Positions 9,019 to 19,099 of a stretch of 64,000 bases of DNA are shown piece by piece. Position numbers and translations under genes: made by a program. The notes beneath the pieces were generated by a model that was not told where the DNA came from, ran no database searches, and saw nothing but the letters and a program-made list of their open reading frames with translations. Numbering within the stretch: position 1 is the first letter of the stretch; every line of letters starts with the position of its first letter. Source of the DNA: a virus (lineage: Duplodnaviria; Caudoviricetes); the IMG/VR virus record IMGVR_UViG_3300011435_000001, positions 1 to 64,000 of that record; one strand, given 5' to 3'.

Positions 9019-12000
9019 TGGCAATTCCTACACTGCCGACGGTTCCCAACGACCCGTATGCGGGCGCCCCTCTTGCTGAGAGCGCTCTCGCACAGCAAGC
9101 CATCACGCCCGGCGCTCCGCTCCTTCCTCAGTATCAGGACGTCTACCTGAACAGGAACCAGCCTGCTCCTGAACCCGCGGTTGTGGAACCCGTCGAAGGC
9201 GAAGACCCTTACGCGGGCGCGACTGTAGTCGAGCCGGAGGCCGACCCTTACGCGGGCGCAGCTCCCGTCACCGCCGTCTACGGCTACGACATGGAGAAGC
9301 TGAGCGCGACGCCTGTCGAGGTGCTGAAGAAAGACAAGACGGAATTCAATCCGGTAGATTTCTACGCGAAGAACACGGACGCACTTCTAAGAGACCCCGA
9401 GGCGTTGAAGAAAGTGGAAGCCGTTTTCGAAGAGCGCGACAAAGAACGCATGACGCCCTTCGGGCTCGTCAAGGCTGCCGTTACCGCTCCTCTCAACGCA
9501 GTCCTACACCCAATCGAGACCGCTAAGAAAACTGTCGGGGTCGCGAAGGCCGGAGCCGAGTTTGTCGGAACGCTTCTCTCGGGCGCGAAGCAAGTCGTGG
9601 CCACCGGGGCGGAAGTCGCCGGGAATTTAGCCGAAGGCGATTTGCCGGGAGCGGCCAAAGGAATTTCTGAAGCCATCGCGGCGGCGGACCTCGCGCAACA
9701 GCGCTGGGTGACCATCGTCACGGACAAAGTCGGTCCATCTTTTGGCGTCATCCCGCGCGGGAAAACTGCACGCGAACGTCTGGCCTTCGACGCGGACTTC
9801 AAGCGCGCGGAACTCAAGGCCGCGGAAGGCAACGGTCAGCTCGCGAGCGACCTCGGCGCATCTCAAGACGAGCTGCGGTCTCTGGGAGTGAATCTCGACC
9901 CGGGCGCAATCGAAAGGTTGTCCGTCATCGAGGACCCGCTTTTCTTGGTGCCCGTTGGTTCTGCAATCGGCGTCACTGGCCGGGCCGGAAAATTTTTACT
10001 GGGCAAGGCCACCTCTCCCGCCACAGCGGAAGCCTTTGCCAAGGGCATCAACAGCGCGATGGAGCGAGCCGCCGCTTGGCCGATTGCGAAGACCGGCGCA
10101 GCAGTTGAAAAAGCCGGAGCGCTTGCGGAGAAAGCCCCCAAACTCTTGAAGGGCGGAGTAGCACAGGGCGCAACCGGCGGCATGATTGCGTCCGCGATGC
10201 ACGGGAACTTCATCCCTCTCGCCACCGCACTCGCCGCCCCGACCGCTTTGAAGTATGGCGGAAAAGCCGTCGCTGCCGTTGGCCGCGGAGTGCAGGCCGC
10301 CGCACCGGCTGTTGGTCGCGTCGCTGCGGAAACCGCAAAGGGCGCCGGAGAAGGCGCAGTTTTGTCCATGCCGCTTTTCCTCGGCTCGAACGAAGAGGAA
10401 CGCGAGGGCCTGCTCGGCATGATTGCTGGCTCGGGCTTTTTGCGAGGCAGTCTCGCTGCTACTGGCGTGGCCAAGGGACTCGCTGAACGCGGAGAGCGAC
10501 TCGCGGGACGCTCGGTCCAGAACAAGCTGGCCGCAAAGATTTTCGAAGCCGTCGACCAAGGCCCCGTCAAGGACTCCAAGGCATACGGCACCGACACCGC
10601 GCTGGATGCGGCGCACCAGCAGCACTCTGCCACGCTGTCTCGCGGGGAACAGTCCCTGCTGAGCACGGCGCGCGAGTTCTTCCGCGATGCTGGCGTTGAG
10701 ATTTACGGTCTGGACAAGAACACGTTCGTGGCCAACGTCCCGAACGTCGCCGGGGCATCCGCGGCAGAGGGCTTTTTCCTGTCCCGGGGCGAGAGGCTCA
10801 ATCCGGACGGCACACGCAGCCCGGTTTTGCAAGTTCTGTTGAACAAGGACACCAACGGACTCGGACATGAACTCTACCACGCCTTCAAAAGTCTTGACCC
10901 ACAAGGAGCTACAGCTCTCGAGGCCCACATCACCAAAACTTGGACCCCCGAGGAACAAGCTTGGCTCTCAGACTCTTACAACTCCGCAATCAACGGCGGA
11001 AAACCTAAGTCCCAGTGGACAGTGCATCTCAATGAAAAACAGATTCTCGAAGAGGCTGCCGCCGAAGTCTTTGGGCGTGTCGTCAACGCCACCGACCTCA
11101 GCGGCGTCCGTCCCAGCATCGTCAAGCGCGCCAGCACTTTTGCCTCCACCATCCTCGAAAAGATGGGCCATCCGCTTGCAGGGAAGGCCCTTCCGCAAGG
11201 ACCCGGTGTCTCAGCCCTTGGCGTCCGACCGGGAACCGCTGAAGTAAAGGTTTCGCAGGATTTCCTGACCGACATCACCCGCCGGGTGAAGGAAGGCTCT
11301 CTGGGCGTCCCCACGCCCGGTGCTCCGCTCGAGGTTGGGGCGGGCCCTGCTGCCATTTCTAGGCGCCCGAGTGCGCCCCAGCCGTCAGCACCCCCGAAAG
11401 CGGCTGAGGCTCCGGCTACCCCTAAGCCCGCTACGCCCGCACCCCTTCCAGAGGCTGCCGCGGAGGTTCCTGTGCCAGCCGCCCCCGCGGCCCCTACGGC
11501 AGAGAACATCCGGGTCACCCCGAAGGAACAGGCCGACTTTGCCGCCGAGCGGTCCAAGGTCACCAACGCCGACCAAGCCCTAGCCGCCGCCGTCAAAAGC
11601 GGGGACCCGGCGCAGGTCACCCACGTCACGGCCATCAACGACTCGATGGCGAACGGTCACGCCGTCGAGGTCGTCCACAAGGGCGTCATCCGCGAAGGCG
11701 GACCGACCCCCGAGAAGCCTGTGGGACGCGGTGAACGACGCGCCGAGCAGGCCGAAGCCTACGTCGCCGAGGCAATGGGCGCGGTGCCCGACTCAGTGCG
11801 CGAACTGCACCAGAAGCTTTTCTTCGGCACGCGCTGGCTCAAGGCTGGCAAACAGCTCACGGCGCGGAGTCTGGACAAGGCCCTCGCGAACGTGAAGAAC
11901 GCTGCGGACATGTCCGCTGGCAAAGTCACGCTGCCTTACGAGGTTGACGCGGCGGGAAAGCTGACGGAGGCGGGCTGGGCGGAAGTTGTGCAGGACTTGA

Positions 12001-15000
12001 AAGACTATTGGTCCAACCAAGACCGCGGCTTCCGCGGGGACGGCAAAGCGCTGACTCCCGAAACCCGCACGCGCGACGTCGGGCAGAGCATTCCTCCCGA
12101 GGACCCGCGCGGACCTGCGGCGCTGATTTCCACGGAGCGCACGGACTTTCTGAATCTGGTGCAGGGGCTCAACATTCCGGAGACGGTGCGGGGCCAGAAG
12201 AAGGGCGTGATTCCCGGCAACGTCAAGGGACAGCTATTGGCGGAAGCACAAGGCAAGAAGCCAGCGAAGCCCGCTGGTTTCACCGAAGCCGACGTGCAGG
12301 CGAAAACCTACAAGCCCATCGAGGGTGTAGGAGTGCGCAGCATCGCGGAAGTCAACCCTCTCCGAAACGATTTACGCGCCAAGGGAGCGCCCGTTGAAAA
12401 ACTCATCGAAGTCACCGAGAACATCAACGTCAAGAATATCGAGTCCGTCACTCCGCGCCCCGACGTCACCGGGCGGGGCGGCTCCACGGACATCACGCGC
12501 GCGGGTTTCTCAGCGAGACTGGCGGAGAGGTTTCCGGTCAAGGAGCCCCAGAGCAGCTTTTCTCCCGCAGCAGACTTTGAGAAAAGTCTGGACCCGGTCA
12601 AGATGGCGGCAATCCGCACCAAGGGTGGACAGATTTTCACGGGCGCGTTTCACGGAGAGGCGTATCTGAACCTCGCGGACGCCGTTGGGCGCGGAGAGTT
12701 CAAGGAAAAGTTGCCGGAGGGATTCAAGAGTCTGACTGACCTGCTCGACTCTGTGATGGGTGGAGAGAAGTTTGATTTCATCGAGGACGGCTTCGTGACC
12801 GAGAGCGGAAAATACCTGAACCGCAAAGAGGCCTTCGAGCACGGCAAGAAAATTGGCCAGCTCAAGGCGGGATACGGTGAGGCGACGCGCAAGGGGCAGT
12901 TCGAGAAGGAAGGCGTTCTCGAGTCTGACGAGTTCAACCGAGGGAAAAGTTTTTCTCCCGCCACCGAGAAGGGGAAAGAGTTCGCCAAGCAGGGCTACGA
13001 GTTCACCTTCGATGTGGACGAGCTGGGCGGACGACTGGTGCATGTCAACAAAGACGGCCAGCGGGTCGGGTTGGTGGAGTCCGTCCCGGAAGGCGACAAA
13101 AAAGCTGAAGTGTCGATGGCCTTCGTGACCCCCGAAGAGCGGGGCAAGGGCTTGGCTGAGGCGATGTATCGCGAGCTGCTCACCAAGCTGAAGGCTGACG
13201 GAATTGAACTGGTCAGCGGGCTCGCGGTGTCACCAGAGCCAATCGCAATTCGAAAGAAAATCTTCGGCAGCTTTGAGAGCCTCGCCACCAAGAAATCCGG
13301 TGAGAGCGTGGGACCTGTGTCCGTGGAGGAAGCACTCGCCGGTCTGACCAAGCTCCGGAAGGGCTTGTTTCCCCCGTTCCCCGCCGTCGACGTGGTTAAC
13401 AGAATCACGGAAGAGAGCAAGTTTTCCATCAGCCGGGAGAAAGAGAAAGAGGTCGCGCAGGGTCTATTTGATAGGGGGCTGTTGGCCCACGAGCCCGTAG
13501 GCCGACTGACCAAGTCGCCCGTGACGGGGGCATTGTGGATTTCACCCGACGGAGACCTTTTCCAAGCTGGGTCGATGGGTAACGGTCACGAGTCGTGGGC
13601 GATGGATTACATTGTCGGTGGGCTCACCGACAAACTAACGTCCCCGCTGGGGATTCTTCCGGGAGCCCGAAATGTCCTCGGAACCGCGCTGGCCAAACGA
13701 AAAGGATGGCTCCCGTCGTGGGTCGACCGCACCTCTTCGGCAGACTTGGGTATCTATATAGACGGGAAGCCGAACGCAAAACAGCGGGCGGCTCTTGAGG
13801 ACTTCGCGTTTGACAGCAAGCTCGCGGTGCTGAACCGCTCGAACGACAAGGTCGCCATCTCCAGCACCGAGGAGTTTCTGGAGAGGCGGAACTACGGCAA
13901 GGGGAAATTCTCCATCAGCGCGAGCCCAGAGGTCAAATCCTCCCTCGACAAGGTCCTCGCCGGAGAACAAGCTGGCGAGACATTCACGTTGAACGGCAGA
14001 CTTTTCAACCCGGGCGACCGCAAGCTGGACGTGGTCACGCTGGCCAGCGAAAACTTTCCTCCCGACAAAATCACGCCGGAGGCGATTCAAGCTTTCGTCG
14101 ACAAGTATCCCAACCTCGCACGCAACCCCGACGTTGTCGCCGGAGTGTTCAAGCTGGACAATGGTCTCGTCTCGGCGGACCTGAACGTGGTGGTGGACCA
14201 AGCCAAGCGCAAGGAATCCCTCGCGTTTGCCAAGGAAAACAATCAGGAAGCCATCTTCGATTTAGTCAAGGGTGAGGTCATCAACACGGGCGGAACCGGA
14301 GAGTCGAGGCTCAAGAGCCCCAAAGACGTGGCGGTTGCCGCAGCACTCCTGTCAGGTGAATTCAGCGGTGGACCTCCCGTTCGCCGCAAGGAGCCAAAGA
14401 CCGGCCCGGTAAAACAATTTCTCGGGTCCGCCAAAGAACTGTTTCAAGACCTGTCCGAAGACGTGACGGAATCTGCGAAAGATTTCTTCGAAGAGATTGC
14501 CGACTTCGGGCCGACAATCAAGGGGCGAGAAGCCGACCTCCAAAAGGAGCTTGCGGCAGCGATGGAGGCGAGGTATCCGAAACTGTCAGAGGTTCCGGAG
14601 CCGACGCTTACTCAGAAATCTGTCGAAGACGTGGACTGGAACGAGGTCCGACGGAAAATTCAGGACTTGCCGGAGGAAGAGTATCGGGCAATTTTCGGAG
14701 AACAGCCCCGGGTCACCGTGGAAGGCTTGGCGGAGTCGCTGATGCTGGACCCCGAGAAGGCTCCAAATTCTTATCCGGCGGAAGAGCGCTCGGTGCTTCG
14801 ACAGGTTTTTCAGATGGGTCGAGAACAGCTACAGGACCGGGGAGAGTCTCCGACCTCATTCTCCGTTCGCCGTAAAGAACCGAAGCGCGACAAGCAAGGC
14901 CGACCGTTGACCGAAGAGGGCCTCGTGGATTACGAGAGGCTATACAAGGAGAAGGTCGCGGCGGAGAGGGCAGCGGAGGCGAAAGAGGCCAAGGCGAAGC

Positions 15001-18000
15001 CCTCCAAAAAATATCTCGTGCCCGCGGCTCAGAAACCGCCCAAGGACAAGCCCACGGGTTGGATTCTCCCGGACGGAGAATACGTCCCGATTAACACAGA
15101 GTTTCACCAAGACTGGCTCGGGGAGAACCGAGAGCGAATCAACAAAGACTTTGGGACCAACTTTGGCGAGTTCGTTTTTACCGAAGACCGTCAGCAGGCT
15201 CTCAACAAGGGCTTCGTTCGCGTCCGAGACCGGGGGGGAGACCTCATCGTCGAGCTGCACAAGGACTTTTTCAAGGGGAAGACCAAGAACGCCGTCAAAG
15301 AACTTCTGGCGGAGCACGCGGGAGAGCTGAACCGAGTTTCTGTTTCTCTCCTGAGCGACGAGGGGCAAGTTGTGGACTCCGTTTCCGCACGCCTTTTCGA
15401 CTCTAAGAATCCAAGAGATGCCGCCCTTTCGATGTTGGACAAGCTGAACCCAACAGCAGGGGTTTCGAAGAAAGGCCCTTCTGCAATCCAACGCGCCCGA
15501 GCGATGGGCGGAGAGGAATCTTTCTCTCCCGCACTGGCTGGCTCCGAGCCCAGCCGGGCCTCGCGGGAAAAAGCCGCGAAGGCTTGGAAAGAGCTGGGCA
15601 CTGAGTCTCCCTACTTCCAAAAGTGGTTTGGCAAGTCGGAGGTCGTGGACCCCTACGCCCCCGACCAGCCGCTGGTTGTCTATCACGGCACCACGCACGA
15701 GTTCACGGAGTTTACCAAGGAGCGCTCCAACATCGAAAACGATTTCGGTCAGGGCTTCTATTTTTCCAGCGAGCCACAAGAGGTCAGCAAGAACTACGCG
15801 GGCGAAGGGCCGGACTTGACCTCGAGAATCGAGCGACGCGCGGAAGAGCTTTACAACCAAGACGGGGAACTGACCACAGAGGGAGCGCGGGCGCAGGCAG
15901 TCAAAGAAGTCAAGGGCACGCACGAGGGCGCGGTCAAGCCTGCCTACCTAGCCATCAAGCGGCCTTTCCGCGTCGGCGACAAAGTCAGCGGGCGGGGAGA
16001 AACTGTTCTAGAGATGAATGAGCGCGGCACAGGCACGCTTGACAAGTTTTTGGCGAACCTCGAGCGCAACGCCAACCGATACGACAACACCAAGGCGGCG
16101 GAAGGTGTGGCGGAGATTCAGGAGAAGGCGAATTATGAATCCATCGGAGCGAAAGAGCTGGTGGACGCCATTCGGGACAGCGAAAGCTTCAACGATGCGA
16201 ACGACGAAAGAGGAGATTTTGCCACGACGGAGATGATTCGGCAGACCATTGAGGACTCCGGGTTCGACGGCATCATCGACGAGACGGTGTCTGACAAGTT
16301 CCCGCACATGATTTCGCAGGGCGACACGATTCACTACATCGCCTTCAAGCCCGAGCAGATTAAATCCACGACGGGCAACGTCGGCACTTTCCGCAAGACT
16401 AATCCGGACATCCGTTTTTCGGCGAAACTCCCAACCGACAAGGAAGTGTCCGACGCACTCTTCGTGAACAAGCGCCCCTACGTCGGAGCGCATCGCGACC
16501 TCAAGCCCGGCACACCCGTCGGACTGCGCATCGACATTCCCGCCTTCACGCAGCACGGCGTCTACGTCATCACGGTTCACGAGAAGGCAAGCGGTGGTAG
16601 CGTGGGCAAGCGCATCGGCCACGACAGCGTCGCTACCGTCGACAACCCGACATTTTTCAGCAAGGAATCCGGCGCCATCAAAATCAAAGAGGGCGCCCCA
16701 AAGTTTCCGATTGCGACTGTCGAGGGAGAATTTAATCCCGCACGCGAAGTGCCGAAGGCGGGCGGAGAGTGGACCGAGGTCGGCTTCAATCCTGTCAAGC
16801 ACTCCTACTTCTACGAGAAGGGGACCGAGAAGCCTGTGGTGGGTGGCGAGCAGGCGGTGAGCGCGGGCAACAGCGTGTTCGTGAAGAACGCGGAGTTCGG
16901 AGACAAAAAAGATTTCGCTTTCAGCGCCGCCCCTAAAAAAGTCGAGCGCGAGACAGGCAAGGGCGGGCAGAAGTTTTTCCCGCAGGGCACGCCAGAGTTC
17001 AACGCCTACGCCGAGAACAAGATTGCCAAGAGCAAAGAATTTCCCGAGGCCTTCCCGCTCGAGTTCCGGAAGGATGAGAACGGAAATTATCTGGCGCAGT
17101 GGGACGGTGACGTGCTCCCTGCCGCGAAGCCATACAACCTGCTCAAGTCAGACCTCGCGGAGAAGTCCGGCTCGAAAGAAAAGTTCCTCGACGCTCTCGG
17201 AACGAAGTTGGTCAAGGAATACCGCGAAGCCAAGAAGAACCCGGAGATTGCTGTCGGCGAGCACTGGTATTCCATCTTCCGCGAGAAGGTCGGCAAGGTC
17301 CTCGGTGACGACACGAAACTTTTCGCTGAGCTGTTGGGAGCGACGTCGCCTCAGCAGGCCGTCGGGCCGAACTTCAAGGACGCGCTCGGTGCTTACAACC
17401 AATTTAAGCGCGGGGCCTACGACGCGATGATTGAGAAGTATCGCGAAGGCAAAAAGAAATTCTTCGACGGGGACCTCGCGGAGTTCACAGAGGCCACGGG
17501 CAAGAAGGGCAAGAAAGCAGACTACGCTGCGTTCATGAGCTGGTGGCAGAACAAGCACAACCTGCTACCGACAAAAGCTGACGGTAAAAAGTTTGGGATG
17601 AACTCCCGCGCTGTGATGAAGGTCCTTGACCGCTCGTGGCTCGAGGGAGTGCAGGGACCAAAGACTCCGAACTTCACGGGCAACCTGTCCGGGACAACCT
17701 TCAAGGCCACGATTGACGTTTGGGCCATGCGCGCCCTGTCGCGACTCGCCGGAGAAGATTCCGGTAAGCCGTGGCGGGTTCAAGCCGCAAACGAGTCCGG
17801 CGTGTCGGACCCGGATTTCTATTTCGGGCAGGACGCCTTCCAGAAGGCAGCCGACGAAATCGGCATCAAGGCCGACGCACTCCAAGCGATTCTCTGGTTC
17901 GCAGAAAAAGACCGATGGGAGAAGAACGGCTGGACCGGGGCGGCAGGCAAGGCGAAGTCCGACTACAACACGCTTTTGGACCGCACGACGAAGACGCCTG

Positions 18001-18113
18001 AGGGCTTTCTGGACCTTGCAGACATTGCACCCGACGAGGTGAAACCCAAGGCCAAGAAGGGTGCTGCAAAAGTGGCAGCCCAGCTCGAACTGAGCGACAT
18101 TAAGGGAAAATGA
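9018..18113 (+). CDS. Giant polyvalent (multi-domain, probably injected) protein
   Basis: 3031 aa; HELYH + EExxAE zincin; GNAT motif 'VTPEERGKGLA'; ART-like 'VVYHGT...GQGFYFS...GFDGII'; C-terminal 'GATSPQ...GPKTPNF...TIDVWA...LQAILW'. Confidence 0.85.
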   Translation: MAIPTLPTVPNDPYAGAPLAESALAQQAITPGAPLLPQYQDVYLNRNQPAPEPAVVEPVEGEDPYAGATVVEPEADPYAGAAPVTAVYGYDMEKLSATPVEVLKKDKTEFNPVDFYAKNTDALLRDPEALKKVEAVFEERDKERMTPFGLVKAAVTAPLNAVLHPIETAKKTVGVAKAGAEFVGTLLSGAKQVVATGAEVAGNLAEGDLPGAAKGISEAIAAADLAQQRWVTIVTDKVGPSFGVIPRGKTARERLAFDADFKRAELKAAEGNGQLASDLGASQDELRSLGVNLDPGAIERLSVIEDPLFLVPVGSAIGVTGRAGKFLLGKATSPATAEAFAKGINSAMERAAAWPIAKTGAAVEKAGALAEKAPKLLKGGVAQGATGGMIASAMHGNFIPLATALAAPTALKYGGKAVAAVGRGVQAAAPAVGRVAAETAKGAGEGAVLSMPLFLGSNEEEREGLLGMIAGSGFLRGSLAATGVAKGLAERGERLAGRSVQNKLAAKIFEAVDQGPVKDSKAYGTDTALDAAHQQHSATLSRGEQSLLSTAREFFRDAGVEIYGLDKNTFVANVPNVAGASAAEGFFLSRGERLNPDGTRSPVLQVLLNKDTNGLGHELYHAFKSLDPQGATALEAHITKTWTPEEQAWLSDSYNSAINGGKPKSQWTVHLNEKQILEEAAAEVFGRVVNATDLSGVRPSIVKRASTFASTILEKMGHPLAGKALPQGPGVSALGVRPGTAEVKVSQDFLTDITRRVKEGSLGVPTPGAPLEVGAGPAAISRRPSAPQPSAPPKAAEAPATPKPATPAPLPEAAAEVPVPAAPAAPTAENIRVTPKEQADFAAERSKVTNADQALAAAVKSGDPAQVTHVTAINDSMANGHAVEVVHKGVIREGGPTPEKPVGRGERRAEQAEAYVAEAMGAVPDSVRELHQKLFFGTRWLKAGKQLTARSLDKALANVKNAADMSAGKVTLPYEVDAAGKLTEAGWAEVVQDLKDYWSNQDRGFRGDGKALTPETRTRDVGQSIPPEDPRGPAALISTERTDFLNLVQGLNIPETVRGQKKGVIPGNVKGQLLAEAQGKKPAKPAGFTEADVQAKTYKPIEGVGVRSIAEVNPLRNDLRAKGAPVEKLIEVTENINVKNIESVTPRPDVTGRGGSTDITRAGFSARLAERFPVKEPQSSFSPAADFEKSLDPVKMAAIRTKGGQIFTGAFHGEAYLNLADAVGRGEFKEKLPEGFKSLTDLLDSVMGGEKFDFIEDGFVTESGKYLNRKEAFEHGKKIGQLKAGYGEATRKGQFEKEGVLESDEFNRGKSFSPATEKGKEFAKQGYEFTFDVDELGGRLVHVNKDGQRVGLVESVPEGDKKAEVSMAFVTPEERGKGLAEAMYRELLTKLKADGIELVSGLAVSPEPIAIRKKIFGSFESLATKKSGESVGPVSVEEALAGLTKLRKGLFPPFPAVDVVNRITEESKFSISREKEKEVAQGLFDRGLLAHEPVGRLTKSPVTGALWISPDGDLFQAGSMGNGHESWAMDYIVGGLTDKLTSPLGILPGARNVLGTALAKRKGWLPSWVDRTSSADLGIYIDGKPNAKQRAALEDFAFDSKLAVLNRSNDKVAISSTEEFLERRNYGKGKFSISASPEVKSSLDKVLAGEQAGETFTLNGRLFNPGDRKLDVVTLASENFPPDKITPEAIQAFVDKYPNLARNPDVVAGVFKLDNGLVSADLNVVVDQAKRKESLAFAKENNQEAIFDLVKGEVINTGGTGESRLKSPKDVAVAAALLSGEFSGGPPVRRKEPKTGPVKQFLGSAKELFQDLSEDVTESAKDFFEEIADFGPTIKGREADLQKELAAAMEARYPKLSEVPEPTLTQKSVEDVDWNEVRRKIQDLPEEEYRAIFGEQPRVTVEGLAESLMLDPEKAPNSYPAEERSVLRQVFQMGREQLQDRGESPTSFSVRRKEPKRDKQGRPLTEEGLVDYERLYKEKVAAERAAEAKEAKAKPSKKYLVPAAQKPPKDKPTGWILPDGEYVPINTEFHQDWLGENRERINKDFGTNFGEFVFTEDRQQALNKGFVRVRDRGGDLIVELHKDFFKGKTKNAVKELLAEHAGELNRVSVSLLSDEGQVVDSVSARLFDSKNPRDAALSMLDKLNPTAGVSKKGPSAIQRARAMGGEESFSPALAGSEPSRASREKAAKAWKELGTESPYFQKWFGKSEVVDPYAPDQPLVVYHGTTHEFTEFTKERSNIENDFGQGFYFSSEPQEVSKNYAGEGPDLTSRIERRAEELYNQDGELTTEGARAQAVKEVKGTHEGAVKPAYLAIKRPFRVGDKVSGRGETVLEMNERGTGTLDKFLANLERNANRYDNTKAAEGVAEIQEKANYESIGAKELVDAIRDSESFNDANDERGDFATTEMIRQTIEDSGFDGIIDETVSDKFPHMISQGDTIHYIAFKPEQIKSTTGNVGTFRKTNPDIRFSAKLPTDKEVSDALFVNKRPYVGAHRDLKPGTPVGLRIDIPAFTQHGVYVITVHEKASGGSVGKRIGHDSVATVDNPTFFSKESGAIKIKEGAPKFPIATVEGEFNPAREVPKAGGEWTEVGFNPVKHSYFYEKGTEKPVVGGEQAVSAGNSVFVKNAEFGDKKDFAFSAAPKKVERETGKGGQKFFPQGTPEFNAYAENKIAKSKEFPEAFPLEFRKDENGNYLAQWDGDVLPAAKPYNLLKSDLAEKSGSKEKFLDALGTKLVKEYREAKKNPEIAVGEHWYSIFREKVGKVLGDDTKLFAELLGATSPQQAVGPNFKDALGAYNQFKRGAYDAMIEKYREGKKKFFDGDLAEFTEATGKKGKKADYAAFMSWWQNKHNLLPTKADGKKFGMNSRAVMKVLDRSWLEGVQGPKTPNFTGNLSGTTFKATIDVWAMRALSRLAGEDSGKPWRVQAANESGVSDPDFYFGQDAFQKAADEIGIKADALQAILWFAEKDRWEKNGWTGAAGKAKSDYNTLLDRTTKTPEGFLDLADIAPDEVKPKAKKGAAKVAAQLELSDIKGK

Positions 18114-18286
18114 AATCGCCACACAAAGAAATCACTCTCGAAGACTTCGTACTGACCCCCGAGGAGATGAAGACCGTCGTGCAGGGCTCCCAGCGGTTCC
18201 TGCCCGCGCGCGAGGACGATGGCGCACTCGCCGACATCGCCCCAGACTCAAACATTGACAACACGCCCGAAAGGCGAACCTCTTAA
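18110..18286 (+). CDS. Small hypothetical protein (58 aa)
   Basis: ATGA overlap with giant ORF stop; MKSPHKEITLEDF... read by hand; below the ORF-track cutoff. Confidence 0.5.
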   Translation: MKSPHKEITLEDFVLTPEEMKTVVQGSQRFLPAREDDGALADIAPDSNIDNTPERRTS

Positions 18287-18293
18287 CCGTATT

Positions 18294-18914
18294 ATGCCTG
18301 AACAACCTCTCGCCCTCTCCCCCGCCGACATTCAACCAATGGGTGGAGCTGCACCCGCTGCGCCCGTCGTTCCCGAGGAAGCGGCCCCCGCCCCCTCCGG
18401 CATGTCCAGCAACCCCGCGGCCATGCTGGAAATGTTGCCCGCAGAGATGTTGGACAACGACCTGATTTTTGCCGTGGCCAAGGGACAGCCCGGCGCGGTG
18501 AGCGCCCCCAAGAAATCCAGTGACCCCGTGGTCAAGGCGGTCATCAAGCACGCTGAGCCGCTCGTCGCGGCTGGCTTCGGGATTTACGAGAGCATCGACA
18601 AAAAGAATGACGTGCTTTTCAACACCCAGACGGTGGATGTGGGAGACCTGCAAGAGGCGGACCAACAGGGACGACTTTTGGAGCTGGCTCCTTTGTTTTC
18701 TACCGTGAAGGGAAACGCAGCGCCAGCCGCTGGTGGTGAAGCCTCTGCTCCCCCCGCCCCGATGGGTGCCACTCCCGAAAGTCAGCCTGCCTCGAGCGTG
18801 CAAAACAAGCTCGCCGGTCAGCGCATTCGGAACCTCACGCCCCAAGGGCCAACGGGAGGCGCGGCCCCCGGCGCAGGCCAAATCCTCAATTCGATTCTGA
18901 AGCAGCCGATTTGA
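18294..18914 (+). CDS. Hypothetical Pro/Ala-rich protein
   Basis: ORF ends the + strand block; start placed at ATG 18294. Confidence 0.55.
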   Translation: MPEQPLALSPADIQPMGGAAPAAPVVPEEAAPAPSGMSSNPAAMLEMLPAEMLDNDLIFAVAKGQPGAVSAPKKSSDPVVKAVIKHAEPLVAAGFGIYESIDKKNDVLFNTQTVDVGDLQEADQQGRLLELAPLFSTVKGNAAPAAGGEASAPPAPMGATPESQPASSVQNKLAGQRIRNLTPQGPTGGAAPGAGQILNSILKQPI

Positions 18915-19059
18915 GCTTCTGCTTCTCGTGCTTGTGCTGCCGGTTCCCCTGACAGTGAGGGCACGAGCCCCCGGGACGACAGGTCTTGTCCTGCGCCTTC
19001 GACTTGTAGTAGGGCTTCCGTTTTTCCTTGCCGTGCTTGATTGATTTTTCGAGGCTCAT
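18886..19059 (-). CDS. Small basic Cys-containing phage protein
   Basis: MSLEKSIKHGKEKRKPY...DKTCRPGGSCPHCQGNR, a pattern I recognise from small phage ORFs. Confidence 0.6.
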   Translation of the reverse strand: MSLEKSIKHGKEKRKPYYKSKAQDKTCRPGGSCPHCQGNRQHKHEKQKLKSAASESN

Positions 19060-19099
19060 CGGTTTTTCTTTTTGCTGAGTCGCCAGTGGGCACACCCTC

